Assembly (NCBI RefSeq): GCF_000143415.4
Contig: NW_003314285.1
Coordinates: 402,782-457,358 of the forward strand
DNA: 54,577 nucleotides
Direction of reading: 5' to 3'
From: Selaginella moellendorffii
Lineage: Eukaryota; Plantae; Lycopodiophyta
Below the pieces are notes generated by a model, which did no database searches, had not been told where the DNA came from, and was given only the letters and a program-made list of their open reading frames with translations. This document shows positions 24,576 to 37,230 of this stretch, in pieces; the first letter of the stretch is position 1; each line of letters opens with the position of its first letter. The translations under genes were made by a program, and so were the position numbers.

Positions 24576-27500
24576 TGTCGCGAATGTGACTTCGGGTATC
24601 GAAAGTTACCTGTCGGCCAGTCCTTACGGACACTCTTACCTTACTGCCACGACGGCAGGAGGTCGGTATTGCTGGACCCGTTATTAATCTCCGCCTAAGC
24701 TAGTTGAGAAATTGGTCCTCGCGTGTGCACTTAACCAGATGGGCATAAGGACGGAATTCCTAAGTGCTATTAGTTAAGCATACTTGACCTAGTTAGAGAA
24801 ACTCATTCGTTGACTTGCACTTGCTAGTGTTGGGAACCCCCGCGATATTGAGCTTGGTCCCTCAATATTCGCTAGATGATAGCTTACCGTGTCTGCCAAA
24901 CACCCTCGCTATCATGCTCTTTGTGTTAGTCTCATTTTGGTCCCAAATGCTATTTCTGGAAAGTGTCTAGATTTGTTCATTTGGCATATCTACGGGATGT
25001 AGAGATCGGCCCGAACACAATGGTGTTCGTCCCGTGTTCAAATTCACAATCTAAGGACATTCCATATTTAGTAAGTTTTGAGCTTGTCCCAGAGACTAAC
25101 TCCTAGTACTAAGGGAGCCTTGGGGTGAAAGCCCAAAGCATGTGTTCCTCAAGGGGGCGGGGGGGGGGGGGCTATGGGGGGTTCCAAATGTATAGTAGGG
25201 ATAGTGGGTAGGTCGGGAATGGCTGACCAACCTGAGGCATAGTTTAGCTCCCGCTTGCGTGCTTGTCCTTGTTCTGCGTCCGGCTTGGGTCTAAGCCCAA
25301 ATTCCATTCCATGCTAGCTGGTGGAGTACCCATATCCTCACGTTAGGCCACCTATATGCTGAAATAGTGCCAGAATTCGTTTGGCACCGTTTTGCCTACT
25401 GGTCCTAGCATTAGGATGTTGGTTGCTCTAGGACTGTTCTAAGTTGCTTCGGGCTCCTGTCCCTTCGCTCCTTGGGCTAAATGCTTGGGAGTTGCTCCGT
25501 GATCCTGTTCCATCACTCCTTGGCTCCACGCTTGGGAGTTTGGCACTGTTCCTTCATTCAGTGGCCCAAGGCCTGAACCTCGGGTTCCTATGGACACGTG
25601 GCATGGACACGTGGCATCTATCACGTGGCACAAAGAGGGTTTAGGTTCTGCTTCGTGGTGTTATCCTATGGTAAATCACCATAGGATAAAGGGTCAAAAC
25701 CACGTGCGCTACATTTGGTATCAAAGGATGAGTCTCGGCGAGAACTATCCAATGAGATTGGGCAACTAGTCTCGTTGCATACGCAGAGATGAAAACTATG
25801 ATCCGAGTGGGTACACGTTTTGGTGCAAAGACTTCGCATTGGTTCTTTGGGATAGGTTTTGGTTACCTTTTTGTTCCATATTATGTGAGTTTGCTCTTGG
25901 GCTCATAGGGTGGACTGAGTTGTTCCGTTACACAAGTTTGTGCTTGGGCTCGTGAGTGAGGTGCATTAGCAACTCGAGGTTACACTTTGAGTTGGCAGCA
26001 TTAATGTTAGCCTATCGGTGGTTCCATGAGTTGTTCCATGTACCATGGGTGAAAATAAACTTTCCTTGGGTTTGCTATGAGTGGCAAATAGACTGGTCCC
26101 TAGCTGTTTAGCACAGTACTAGTGGATCCTTCTTAGGCATGATTATAAGTGGATCAATCAAGACTGTAGGGAATAGTCTATTGGTTCAAGTAATCATTGC
26201 CGTGCTCTCTCATAAACTTTTCTTCGATTGAACTGAAGGCAGTGCGAAAGCAAGCTTGAGGTTTGGTCAAAGATGAGACCGAAAAGAGAGTCATCGGGGA
26301 TGGAGGATCAAATACGTAAATCATTTTCTCTTCTTGGAGAAATGATTTGCAACGAGGTGTTAACTCATTGCTTGTGTTTACATTATGCAATCAAGAGTCC
26401 CTACCTTGATGCATGTCAGAAGTGATGGTCTTACAAGTGGTGAGTTATGGGATGGATAATGGTGAAACACTAAACCATTTTGTCTAGGCTCACTATTGGA
26501 AGACTTGGGTTGCAATGCTCAATTCTTTTTTGGGGAACCTTGCTATTGCTCCTTGAGTAGTTTGGTGTTGGATTAGTGTTGAGTTTGGTCGGAAAGAGAG
26601 TGGCATGAGCTTGTCCGTGTTGTGAACAAAAGTTAGTGGTGTTGGGTGTCGTAAACCTCTATTGGTGGAGTGTGGCACTTATGTTGCATTTTGTCGAATC
26701 GAGTTGGCATTTGATACTCACATAAACGTTTGAAGTAATGACATAGGCATTGCTCATTGCATTACTCAATTGATGATCAAGTCATTGTGATGCTTATATC
26801 ATATCCATGTGATAAAGAGTAATGTGTTTACGAAGTTGCTTGGGTAAATGATGATCAACCCCAAAGTGGTTGATGAAGAAGCTAGTCTACTTGCACAAAG
26901 TAGCATTGTAGTAGCTTTGACTGGATTCTCTATAGTGGTCCATTATGCTAAGCTTAAGTTGGTACCTTGTTTCCTTGAGTTTGCCTGTTAAGTGTTGGAA
27001 AGGGTTGTAGCATTCATTTGCTATAACTTGTCGGTTAATCCATTAGCACTTGGAGTAGATTGTTGGATGGAAAAGGTGTGTAGTTGAGGCATTGACATTG
27101 CTAGCACTGGTGTTAGTGGAAGTGGCATTGTTATTTTGAGTGATAAGGAATTTTCCTTAGACCTTGATTTTTCATGTCATTTTTCTTGTTAGTGTTTTGA
27201 CTTCACATTAAATCTTGAAGGTGATTGAAGAAGAGTGTTAATGAAATATGAATACCGAAGATGTGGTCTTCGTGATCAAGCCTTAGGTGTTCACTTTGCA
27301 TTTTACGGATGTCGGTGTTGGATATCAGTTAGATGGGCAGAGATGTTCGAGGCTTAAGCATACTATGGGTCATGAGAATTTGTGTTGAGGTGAGCCTATG
27401 TGAAGTTGTTGGTAGGAGGAAGTTGGTTGAGTCTTGAAAGTTTGCATTCCTGGATTGAGAGTCATTCTTTCTCTAGGATGGAAATTTTCCACAAAATTTC

Positions 27501-30500
27501 TTAGACTTCCCCAATGGCTGATCTGTTGATCACTTTGCCGAAAACCATTCCATTTTCGTAAGCCAGTACAAACTAGTGAAGGGGTTCGAGTTAACCTTGG
27601 TTAACTTAGACCTTAGTATATAGTTTGTATGATGCGACCCGAAAGGGATGCTGACTTTTGGGGCTAAGGCAATTGAGTTGGATAGAGTCTGGAGTTAGTG
27701 TAGAAAAGTGGCCGTTGCACTTTTCTAAGAAGGGTGACTCTTGTGCCTTTCTTTTGTAGCATTATGCTCGGTGGCAGGTTGCACCTTGCATTTCGCTAAG
27801 ACTCTATAAGAGTAGTGAGCTCTCATTGATCTTGACTTGGTCTTGGTGGCCCTGTGCCTTGGCTAAGGATGGTGATGTCCAACTTAGTTGTTTGAGGTTG
27901 AGATGTTGGTACCCATACTATAGCTTTGTCTATGAGGAGGTTGTGTACCGATATAAGTCCATCTTATGGTCTTCACTTTAGTTTTGACTGAGTGTTGATT
28001 GTATAGCTAGCTTCTTCAAGGCATGCTCAGAGCTAGTGGCTAAATGTTTGAGTGAGCTTATTGCGGTTGAGTTGGATTCGAGTGGTCATTTAGTTTGTGC
28101 TTGTCTATGAACTTTTATCTCATATCTAGTGTATCACGTTCATATTGGGCAAGTATATAACTTGATGACAAGAGTTGGTGTTTGGGTCTTGTGAAGGCAA
28201 GTTGAGGAGTGATTGTTAGTTGCTTTGTGACTAGTGATTACTTGTAGACTTTGTCAAGGACTTTTGACACTTGCTTTGCTCGATGATGATTTAGCAGTGA
28301 TGGGCTTGCTTTACCAGATGGTGTTGTGGAGGATCGTATCATTAGGCTGGCATGGTTTTTTCCATGTTGGCATATCAATTCCTTTGTCGATATCATTTGG
28401 TTACGTTTGGTCTATAGTGTTGGATTTCATTGAGTCTTGGATGTGGTGATTCACTCCTTGATGATGTGTTATTTGTCACTGAGTTTTGCTGAAGGATTGG
28501 TCTCGGATACTAAGTATAGTATCTTCGACTTTAGTTAGCTTGGTTGCTGGAAAGCTCCGAGTGGTGATTCACTCTTGCTTTCTTCTAGCTTTGTCCTGGT
28601 GTTGATGGCATTGAAGTGATGCCTTGTCATTGATATTGTTGATATTGAGACTTGAGTGAAATGAAATGTCTTTCCTTAGGATTGATATTGAGTTTCATTA
28701 GTCTTGATGAAAAGTGTTGATGATTTGGCTTTAGCTTTATATTGTTGGCATTCATGCATTTGCTAGTTAGCAACTGTGTTGACGTACAATATCCCTTTCA
28801 ATACATCCATAAGCTAAACTTCATAATGCGAAAGCTAATGAAGAGCATGTCTGCATCAATCCAAAAGCCAAGCATAACGAAGTTATGCTCAACAAGTGAT
28901 CATCTAATCGATCCTCCATGAATCCATCTATAGCAAGACGTAGCTCACATCGTAACAAGCACAAGGGGAATCATCAATGATCAATATATTCCAATTCAAA
29001 CCCAATAAGGATTCAAACTTTCCAATATTGATCACTAACTCTTTCACTTGTAGAGTTAACATAGTCCACGACTGAATCACTTTTCAAGGACAAGCTTAAA
29101 GCTCAACCCTTACTAAACAAACTCATCGAGAACACAACTAACTCAACTTGCCACTCAGTTCATTTGAAATGCAAATACTAACTTGTACATCGAAGCTAAA
29201 GAGCCAAAAATGCCTTCCCCCCAACAACTTCTAACAAATGGAACAATGAGCATAATAAACTCAAAGGATTAAAAGTTCGAAGAAGCCTATAGCCAAGTCT
29301 TGCCTAACAATGATCACAAGTCTCGCACAAACTAACTTCAATGCTAAAGAAGAAATCATGGTAGAACCTAGCAATCATTGGTGATGATTGGCTATCATCT
29401 AGGATAATTGATTATCCTTGTACGAGGTTTTGCTTGATTATCGTTGATCTAAATTGATTTGCTATTCTTCGGGATTGTGGATTCCTTCTAAGACAATGAT
29501 TCTGCATATCTTTTATTGATGGGATGATTAATGATCTTTCATGATGGTTAGTTGTTCTCTTTGATAGCTTATGGCTATTTGCAATACCACAAGTTGTTTG
29601 TGGTTTGCTCTGGATTGGTCTCTTGGGTTTGAGACATTAGTAGGATGTTGCTGACACTTGCTTAGGCAACTTGAGTTCCTTAGTGTTGTTGGCTGGGATT
29701 TATTCGGATTGGCTAGTGCAATGGTTAATATGAACAAGCGTTTGTTTGCTTTGCAACATTCATTTTGTTCTGTTGATTATTTCTCGAGTTAGTTCTCATA
29801 GATTAGGATGTTATTTCCTTCGGGTGATACATTTGCGAGCATTGTGCTTGCTAGTCAATGATCCTTTGTGTTCTTTGAGTTGTGTTTTGTGAGTTGTTTG
29901 GCATACTATCTGCCATCTTCGTTAGTTAAGTTTTATCATTGAGTTTCCTTGATGATATACTAGCTATTGAATTTTGTTGGATGGTCATTCCTGTGTTTGC
30001 CAAATTATGATGATCTTGGTGGTTCCTATCTACAATACTACTGGTTTATCGGATGATAACTTGCTTAGAATACTTTTGTGTTCTACTCTAAGATATAATC
30101 ACTAGTAATTAAGCTTCTCAGATATCATTGTCTTTGACTTTGATATTGTCCATCCATTGATCTTTGAGTTTGGGCCAGTATAGGCAGACTGGCTTCGGCA
30201 CTTCGTGTGCATGGTGAAATCTCTAGTCATGGGGTAGCTACTGTCGACTGGTCACATAACCCGCCTCTTTGTCGATGTTCCTTATTCCGTTACAAGGGCA
30301 TGACCGTGTAAACAACTCTACACTGCCTATTGACAGTAGTCTATCTAAACCTTACCGACGGGTTTGGTTTCTTTGCTCAGGAGGGTTGGGGCTTCTAGCT
30401 TTTCTTTCTATGTCCTTGCGGGCAGGGGCATATCACACTTTTGTAGCTGGGTGACACCCAGAGCAGCAAGGGTGGTTAACTCCGTTGGTCATTTCCTTGT

Positions 30501-31306
30501 CAGTGACGGTCGGAAGGTGTTTGAGCTGGTAGCGCATCTGCGTTAGACAAAGAGGTTCCCCCTAACTCATTTAAGTTGGTGCATTTCTCACCTAGTGTGA
30601 GTACCGTGAACTTTTTATGGAGTTGTTTCCTTGGCGGTATTCTAGACTGGAGTATGCATCGACGAGGACGTCGATCTTCCCAAGGGGGGGAGAGTGTCGC
30701 GAATGTGACTTCGGGTATCGAAAGTTACCTGTCGGCTAGTCCTTACGGACACTCTTACCTTACTGCCACGATAGCAGGAGGTTGGTATTGCTGGACCCGT
30801 TATTAGTCTCTGCCTAAGCTAGTTGAGAAACTGGTCCTCGCGTGTGCACTTGACCAGATGGGCATAAGGACGGAATTCCTAAGTGCTATTGGTCAAGCAT
30901 ACTTGACTGGTTGCACTTGCTAGTGTTGGGAACCCCCGTGATATTGAGCTTGGTCCCTCAATATTTGCTAGATGATAGCTTACCGTGTCTGCCAAACACC
31001 CTCGCTATCATGCCCTTTGTGTTAGTCTCATTTTGGTCCCAAATGCTATTTCTGGAAAGTGTCTAGATTTGCTCATTTGGCATATCTACGGGATGTAGAG
31101 ATCGGCCTGAACACAATGGTGTTCATCCCGTGTCCAAATTCACAATCTAAGGACATTCCATATTTAGTAAGTTTTGAGCTTGTCCCAGAGACTAACTCCT
31201 GGTACTAAGGGAGGCTTGGGGTGAAAGCCCAAAGCGTGTGTTCCTCAAGGGGGGGGGGGGGCTATGGGGGGTTCCAAATGTATAGTAGGGATAGTGGGTA
31301 GGTCGG

Positions 31307-32442
31307 TGTAAGGAACCGACTCCCCGAGATGTCGTAGGCTAAAGGATCCCCAAAAGCTTGACCGAAATGACAAAGAGTTCATCGGATGGGACCAAGTCGA
31401 GGATCGAGTCCAAGACCGACTCTAGGACCGAGTTCGAGATAGAGTCCGGAATCGAGTCCGAGACCGACTCGGGGACCGAGTTCGAGTCCGAGTTCGAGAC
31501 CGAGTTCGAGACGGAGTCCGAGATCCGAAATCGGGTCCAAGACCGAGTCCGAGGTCGGGTCCGAGATCGGGTCCGAGATCGAGTCCGTGATCGAGTCCGA
31601 ACCCGAATCCGAAGTCGGATCCGAAATCGGGTCCGAGATCGAGCCAGAGACTAAGTCCAAATACTAATACGGGTCAAGGGGTGAAAGCCCAAAGCGTGCG
31701 TCTCCCAGGGGGGGGGGGCTGCAGGGGGTTCCAAAAGTATAGTAGGGATAGTGAGGTCCAGGAACCAGTTTTGAAGGGACTCTCCAGTTGGGCTTCCAAA
31801 CCGACTTGAGGTTGAGACTGGGACCGAGGGGCCTTGTGTGGGAGTGAGCATAGACTTGGCTGGTGCCGGAGGGGCCATCCAAGGAAGTGCTCAAGAGCAG
31901 CTCCCACTCCCGAAAGGGAAACCGATTGCGGTGCTCCCGACTCATGTGGAGTGGTGCCCCACTTGAGTACCATGCGGCTCATTGGTCCTCGCCCTTCCTA
32001 GGGGCTTGGGCCTTCCTTCGGGATGGAAGTGGGGGGCGAGAGGTACCCATACCGGGCCGCTAGGCCACGGTGTTTCACCCCGGCGTCCCGAAGCAAGTGT
32101 TGCACTCAAGACTTGGGATTTAGAGGGTCCCATGATCAAGTCTTGTGGTACCAAGGGATGTTAGGAACCTGGAAGCTTGGTGTGCTTGGCTGCTTGTGCT
32201 TGTGGGGAGTGTAGCCGAACCTTAAGTCCAGTCTAACCCGGGGAGGGGGATTGGGAGTGATTTGGGAATCCGTGGAAGGATGGCTAACACTCCGTTGCTC
32301 GTGCAGTGAGTAGCTGAAACCAAGTAGGAGCTGGTACCATAGGCGAGAACCTTGGCGAGGGAACTTAGCAAAAGCCAAGGCAGTGTTGGACGGATAGGCG
32401 AGGTAAGCTGGCAAAGTGGAAAGGAAAAATTTGTGGCTTACA
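31307..32442 (+). mobile_element. Solo LTR of a different family
   Basis: TGTAAG...CTTACA termini. TSD GTCGG at 31302-31306 and 32443-32447. No internal domain. Confidence 0.88.
31395..31650. repeat. Degenerate hexamer tandem array (CGAGTC/CGAGAT/CGAGTT) in the solo LTR
   Basis: Seen directly. Produces low-complexity ORFs (ESE../RDRV..). Confidence 0.9.
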
Positions 32443-32949
32443 GTCGGGCATGGCCGACCAACCTGAGGCATAGTCTAGCTCCCGCTTGCGTGCCTGTCCT
32501 TGTTCTGCGTTTAACTTGGGTGTAAGCCCAAGTTCCATTCCACGCTAGCTGGTGGAGTACCCATATCCTCACGTTAGGCCACCGGTATGCCAAAATAGTG
32601 CCAGACTCTGTTTGGCACCGTTTTGTCTGTTGGTCCTGGCATTAGGATGTTGGTTGCTCTAGGACTGTTCCAAGTCGCTTCGGGCTCCTGTCCCTTCGCT
32701 CCTTGGGCTAAATGCTCGGGAGTTGTTCCGTGGTCCGGTTCCATCACTCCTTGGCTCCACGCTTGGGAGTTTGGCACTGTTTCTTCATTCAGTGGCCCAA
32801 GGCCCTGAACCTCGGGTTCCTATGGACACGTGGCATGGACACATGGCATCTCTCACGTGGCACAAAGAGGGTTTAGGTTCTGCTTTGTGGTGTTATCCTA
32901 TGGTAAATCACCATAGGATAAAGGGTCAAAACCACGTGTGCTACACTGG

Positions 32950-33872
32950 TTGCACAAGTTTCAAAGTTCAAGCCTCCGAAACCACCCAATTTCAAAGGCA
33001 TGCAGGACTATCAGGTTTTGGAAGACTAGGTCTACAATATGGAAAACTATTTCATAGCAGCAAACGTAGATGATCATACGAAAGTTGCATGCGTGCAATC
33101 CTTTCTCACCAATCATGCCAAAACTTGGTGGTGCCAGGTGTTTGCTAAAAAAGGGCAGACTAGAAGTTGGACCAAGATGCGGTCTCGTATCCATAAGGAA
33201 TACCTGCCGGATGATCTTGGTCTGAGACTTTGCATGGAGCTGCGGCGGTAAAAGCAGCAAGGGGACCTTATGTATTACGTTAATGCGTTTGCTTAGAAGC
33301 GCATTATGATTGCAAATATGAGTGATGAAGATGCTCGAAGTTATTTTTTGGAAGGTTTAAGTTCACTTTCTTGCAATGAGATTTTGAAGTTTAAGCCAAA
33401 GATGTACCTGGAGTGTAAGGAGGCAGTGCAGCAAGTTGCCTTTAGTCACTCGCTCATGGAACAATATTAGTAGCCGTATGCTGGTACCTCGGACAAGAAT
33501 AAGAATTCTGGGAATAAACAAAGTGACCGGAAACAAAGGGTGGAAGGTAGGTACTGCCCAGGAGGCTCACAAGCAACGGTTAACAAAGGTGGTGGTGGTT
33601 GGAGACCACCAACAGCTTCTTCTGGTCCTAGGCCCTCTATTCCTCCTCCTGGTGGGTACAAGCAGCAGCAACCTGCAAAACCTACTCCTAGCGGAACGGG
33701 TAGTGTGGGTCATTGCTTCCATTGTGGAGAGTTAGGACATAGGTCCTCGGAATGTCCCAACAAGCATAAGACAAGGTCTCATGTTAATATCATGAGGGAA
33801 GATAGTGGTAGTGAAGTTGAAGGGGTTAACGAGTTGGTCAATGTAAACTATGAGGAAGAAGAGGTGAGTTAG
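32950..33872 (+). pseudogene. gag: gag of D, capsid plus CCHC zinc knuckle
   Basis: MENYFIAANV..HAKTWW and CFHCGELGHRSSECP. Internal stops. Confidence 0.88.
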
Positions 33873-33914
33873 TTTCGTTGCTTTCCTCAAGTTTTTCTCA
33901 CAATCACTAATCTG

Positions 33915-36900
33915 TTGATGTATTTGGTAGGCTTTGTCCGTGGACACCGAATCCAAGTGATGATTGACATGGGAGCTATGCACAGTGTGATATCTAAGGA
34001 CTTAGTTAAGTTGTTAGGATTGAATGCTAAGAAAATGTTGTCTATGCACTTCCAGTTTGCGGAAGGTGGGCAAGTAGCCAGAAAATTTGTGAATGATGTT
34101 CCAATAAAAATATCTAAGTGGAAACAAAGAGTGAACTTGGTAGTGTTGAAGATACCAGATTTTCAGATGGTGTTTGGTATGGATTTCTTCAACAAATACA
34201 TAAAAGGGATTTATAGTGCTAGACAAAGTTGTATCACGTTGAAGTCCGAAGGACATCCCGATGTGTCCTTCCAATTGCAAAAGCGTTCCTCAAAGGATTG
34301 GGATGCAAAGTTCCTGACTGCGAGGGCCGCTCAAAAAGAAGCTAAGAGGGGATGTTGAACCTTTTGGGTTCAAGTGATGGAAGCTAAGGGTGTTGGTGAC
34401 TCAGTTCGAATCGGTGACGGGTTGATCCTGTACCAAAGAAGATATTGGAGTTGTTGGCGAGGAATCAGGATATCTTCCCAAAGGATTTGCTACCAACGCT
34501 ACCTCCTAGCCGTGAGGTTGATCATTGGATTGAGGTTATTCTGGGTTCTAAACCACCTACAAAAGCTCTGTATCGATTGAACATCAAGGAGATGGCTGAA
34601 CTCAAGAAGCAACTCATAGAGCTTCTTGACAAGCAAGTCATCTTATAGAGTGCCAGTCCTTTTTGTTATGAAAAAGGATGGAACCATGAGGATGTATATT
34701 GACTATTGGGCACTTAATAAGATCATGGTTAAAAATAGTTATCCTTTGCCATGCATTGATGACTTGTTTGACCAACTCTTAAAGGCTAATGCAACTTGAT
34801 TTGCGGTCCAGGTATCATCAGATACGAGTGGTAGATCAAGATGCTCTGGCAACATTTAGCACTATGATAGATAGAATATTTGGAGATTATTTGGACACAT
34901 TTCTTGTCCTATATATCATCGATGTTCTAGTCTTCAGCAAAACATTGGAGGATCATTTGAAACACTTGGAGCTGGTGTTTCAAAAGTTGCGTAAACATAA
35001 ACTATATACTAAAGAAAGTAAATGTGCTTTTGGACAATTGCATGTAAACTTTCTTGGACATATAGTTAGTGGTGGTGTAATTGAAGTCAATCCAAAGAAA
35101 GTGAAAGCGGTGAAATCTTGGGAAGTCCCAACCATTGTATCAGATGTTCATTCTTTTCTCAGTTTGGTGGGATATTATTGCAAGTTTATCCGCAATTTTG
35201 CAAGAATTGCTTTTCCATTGACTAAGTTGATGAAAACTAGTATTCCGTTTCATTGGACACTAGCTTGTCAGTGTGCTTTTGTATGGTTAAAGGAGATCTT
35301 GACTATAGTTCTTGTTCTCGAGATCCTAGATCTTGATAAATCCTTCGAAGTGCATTGTGATGCATCTGGCTATACTATTGATGCCGTATTACAGCAAGAT
35401 TGTGACAAAGTAGTTGGTGTTATGCTAAGGCGTCATGGTTGTCCCGTTACGTTCTATTCCAAGAAATTGGATGAAACTCAACGAAGATGGCCAATGCATG
35501 AGAAAGAGATGTTTGCTATAATGTCGGCCCTGGAACACTGGAGACACTACTTGGGTGGACACACCAAGGTTTATACAGATAGTAACACACTAAGCTACTT
35601 TGCTATGCAACTTAAGCTTACACCAAAGCAAGCCCGTTGGCAAAAGAAGCTTGCTCAATATGATATTGAAATCATATATAAACCTAGTAAAGACAATATT
35701 GTTCCGGATACATTTAGTAGTCAGGCTCAATTCCGAGCAATATCGGCAATCAATTCGGACTGGTTGGAGGATGTTCAAGCTTCATATGGAAGTGATCCAT
35801 TGGCAAAGGCAATCTTATGCTATGCGGGGTTGTTGAAGCAAAACCCTAGTAGCAAAGCAACGAAAGTTGCTAGTTGCACCAATGCGAAGCTTCACTTCTC
35901 AGTTCGGGATGGGCTTATATTTTATAAGTAGGAAAGATTGTATCTTCCCTCTAAGGATCTACAACAATTGTTTCTGCAGGAACATCATGATGTTCCAGCA
36001 ACGGGACATGGTGGGAAGTGAAAGACTCTAGCTTCATTGAAAAAGGGATTTTTCTAGTTTGGTATGGAAGGTGATGTAGCGGACTATATCCGTTCCTGCC
36101 CTATATGCCAGCAGTGTAAGCACAAAACTAAGAAGCAAGCTGGAAAGTTGCAGTGCATTCTAGCACCAGCATGGCCATTCCAAAGTGTGACACTTGATTT
36201 CGTCACTTGCTTGTCGAAGTCCAAGGGTTATGGTATTTTGATGGTGGTTGTGGATCAGTTGTTGAAGATTGCACACTTCATTCCAATTGTGGGAACAGTG
36301 AATGCGAAATAAGCAGCAAAGCTCTTTTTCTATAAAGTAGTTTGGGTTCGTGGTCTTCCTGAAGAGATGATCTTGGATAGAGATTCGAGATTTACGGGGA
36401 AGTTTTGGGGCACACTGTTCCAGCTATTTGGTACTAAGTTGAAGTTTAGTACGGCTAATCATCCTTAGATTGATGGGTAGATCGAACACGTGAATGCTCA
36501 AGTTGAGGATTATCTATGGTACCATGTCGCGGCAGACCAACGTGACTGGGTTGAGCATTTAGACACAATAGAAATTTGTTATAACAACACATTTCACAGC
36601 ACTATTGGTTGTTCTCCTTGGGAGATGCTGCAAGGAAATGCTCGTGGAGTCCCTCAACAGATTGTTGTACCGAAACCAATGTCTAAAGTGTTGGTCCCGG
36701 CCGTTGAGACTTATGCAAAGCAGCTATGCCAAGGTTGGTCTAGGGCAACTGAGGCGATGGGCAAAGCTCAAGATAGGTACCGACATGATAAGGATCAGCA
36801 TCGTCAGGATGTATCCTATCAAGTGGGAGATCAGGTGTGGCTATCTTCCCAGAACTTGAATATTAAGGGATCTTTGTCTCAGAAGCTATTACCGAGATAT

Positions 36901-37230
36901 GTTAGACTCTATCGGGTGTTAAAACGCATTGGTGATGTATCTTATTAGTTGGATCTGTCTACGGAGATATCCAATGTTCATAATGTATTTCATGCCAATC
37001 TATTGGTTCCTTACACTATGGATGTTGTGCGACATGGGGAGATTCATCTACCACCAGATGTTGTGGACGGTGAACCAGAATACAAAGTTGAAGCTATCTT
37101 GGATTCTCGGTTTCAGAGATGGGCTTGTGCAAAGGAATATCTAGTTAAGTGGAAAGGTTACCATCTTGTGAATCAACTTGGGAACCTCTTAGGAATCTTA
37201 CACATGCTCGTGAGCTTGTTACGAAGTATG
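33915..37230 (+). pseudogene. pol: pol of D (PR, RT, RH, INT, chromodomain), multiple stops and frameshifts
   Basis: VMIDMGA (PR); [12 protein letters not shown] (RT, deletion spanning the MPFG motif); CDASGY, EKEMFA (RH); CPICQQ, SVTLDFV (INT); EYKVEAILDSR..YLVKWKGY (chromodomain). Confidence 0.9.

Larger units (their letters stand above)
24576..32945 (+). mobile_element. LARD copy L3 inserted in gag of D
   Basis: 5' LTR 24576-25713. PBS TGGTATCAAAG at 25716. PPT before 30695. 3' LTR 30695-32945, interrupted at 31307-32442. Flanking duplication CTGG. Confidence 0.93.

Noticed and set aside
31358-31660. Arg/Asp/Glu-rich ORFs resembling SR proteins
   Set aside because: Translation of a hexamer tandem repeat inside an LTR.
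31186-32476. Group I intron R/S-like motifs in the LTR (CAGAGACTA ... GGCATAGTCT)
   Set aside because: No convincing P/Q (P4/P6) elements. GAGACTAAC has a better 9-bp partner (GTTAGTCTC). The S-like motif is not conserved in D LTRs. An Infernal group I search would settle it.
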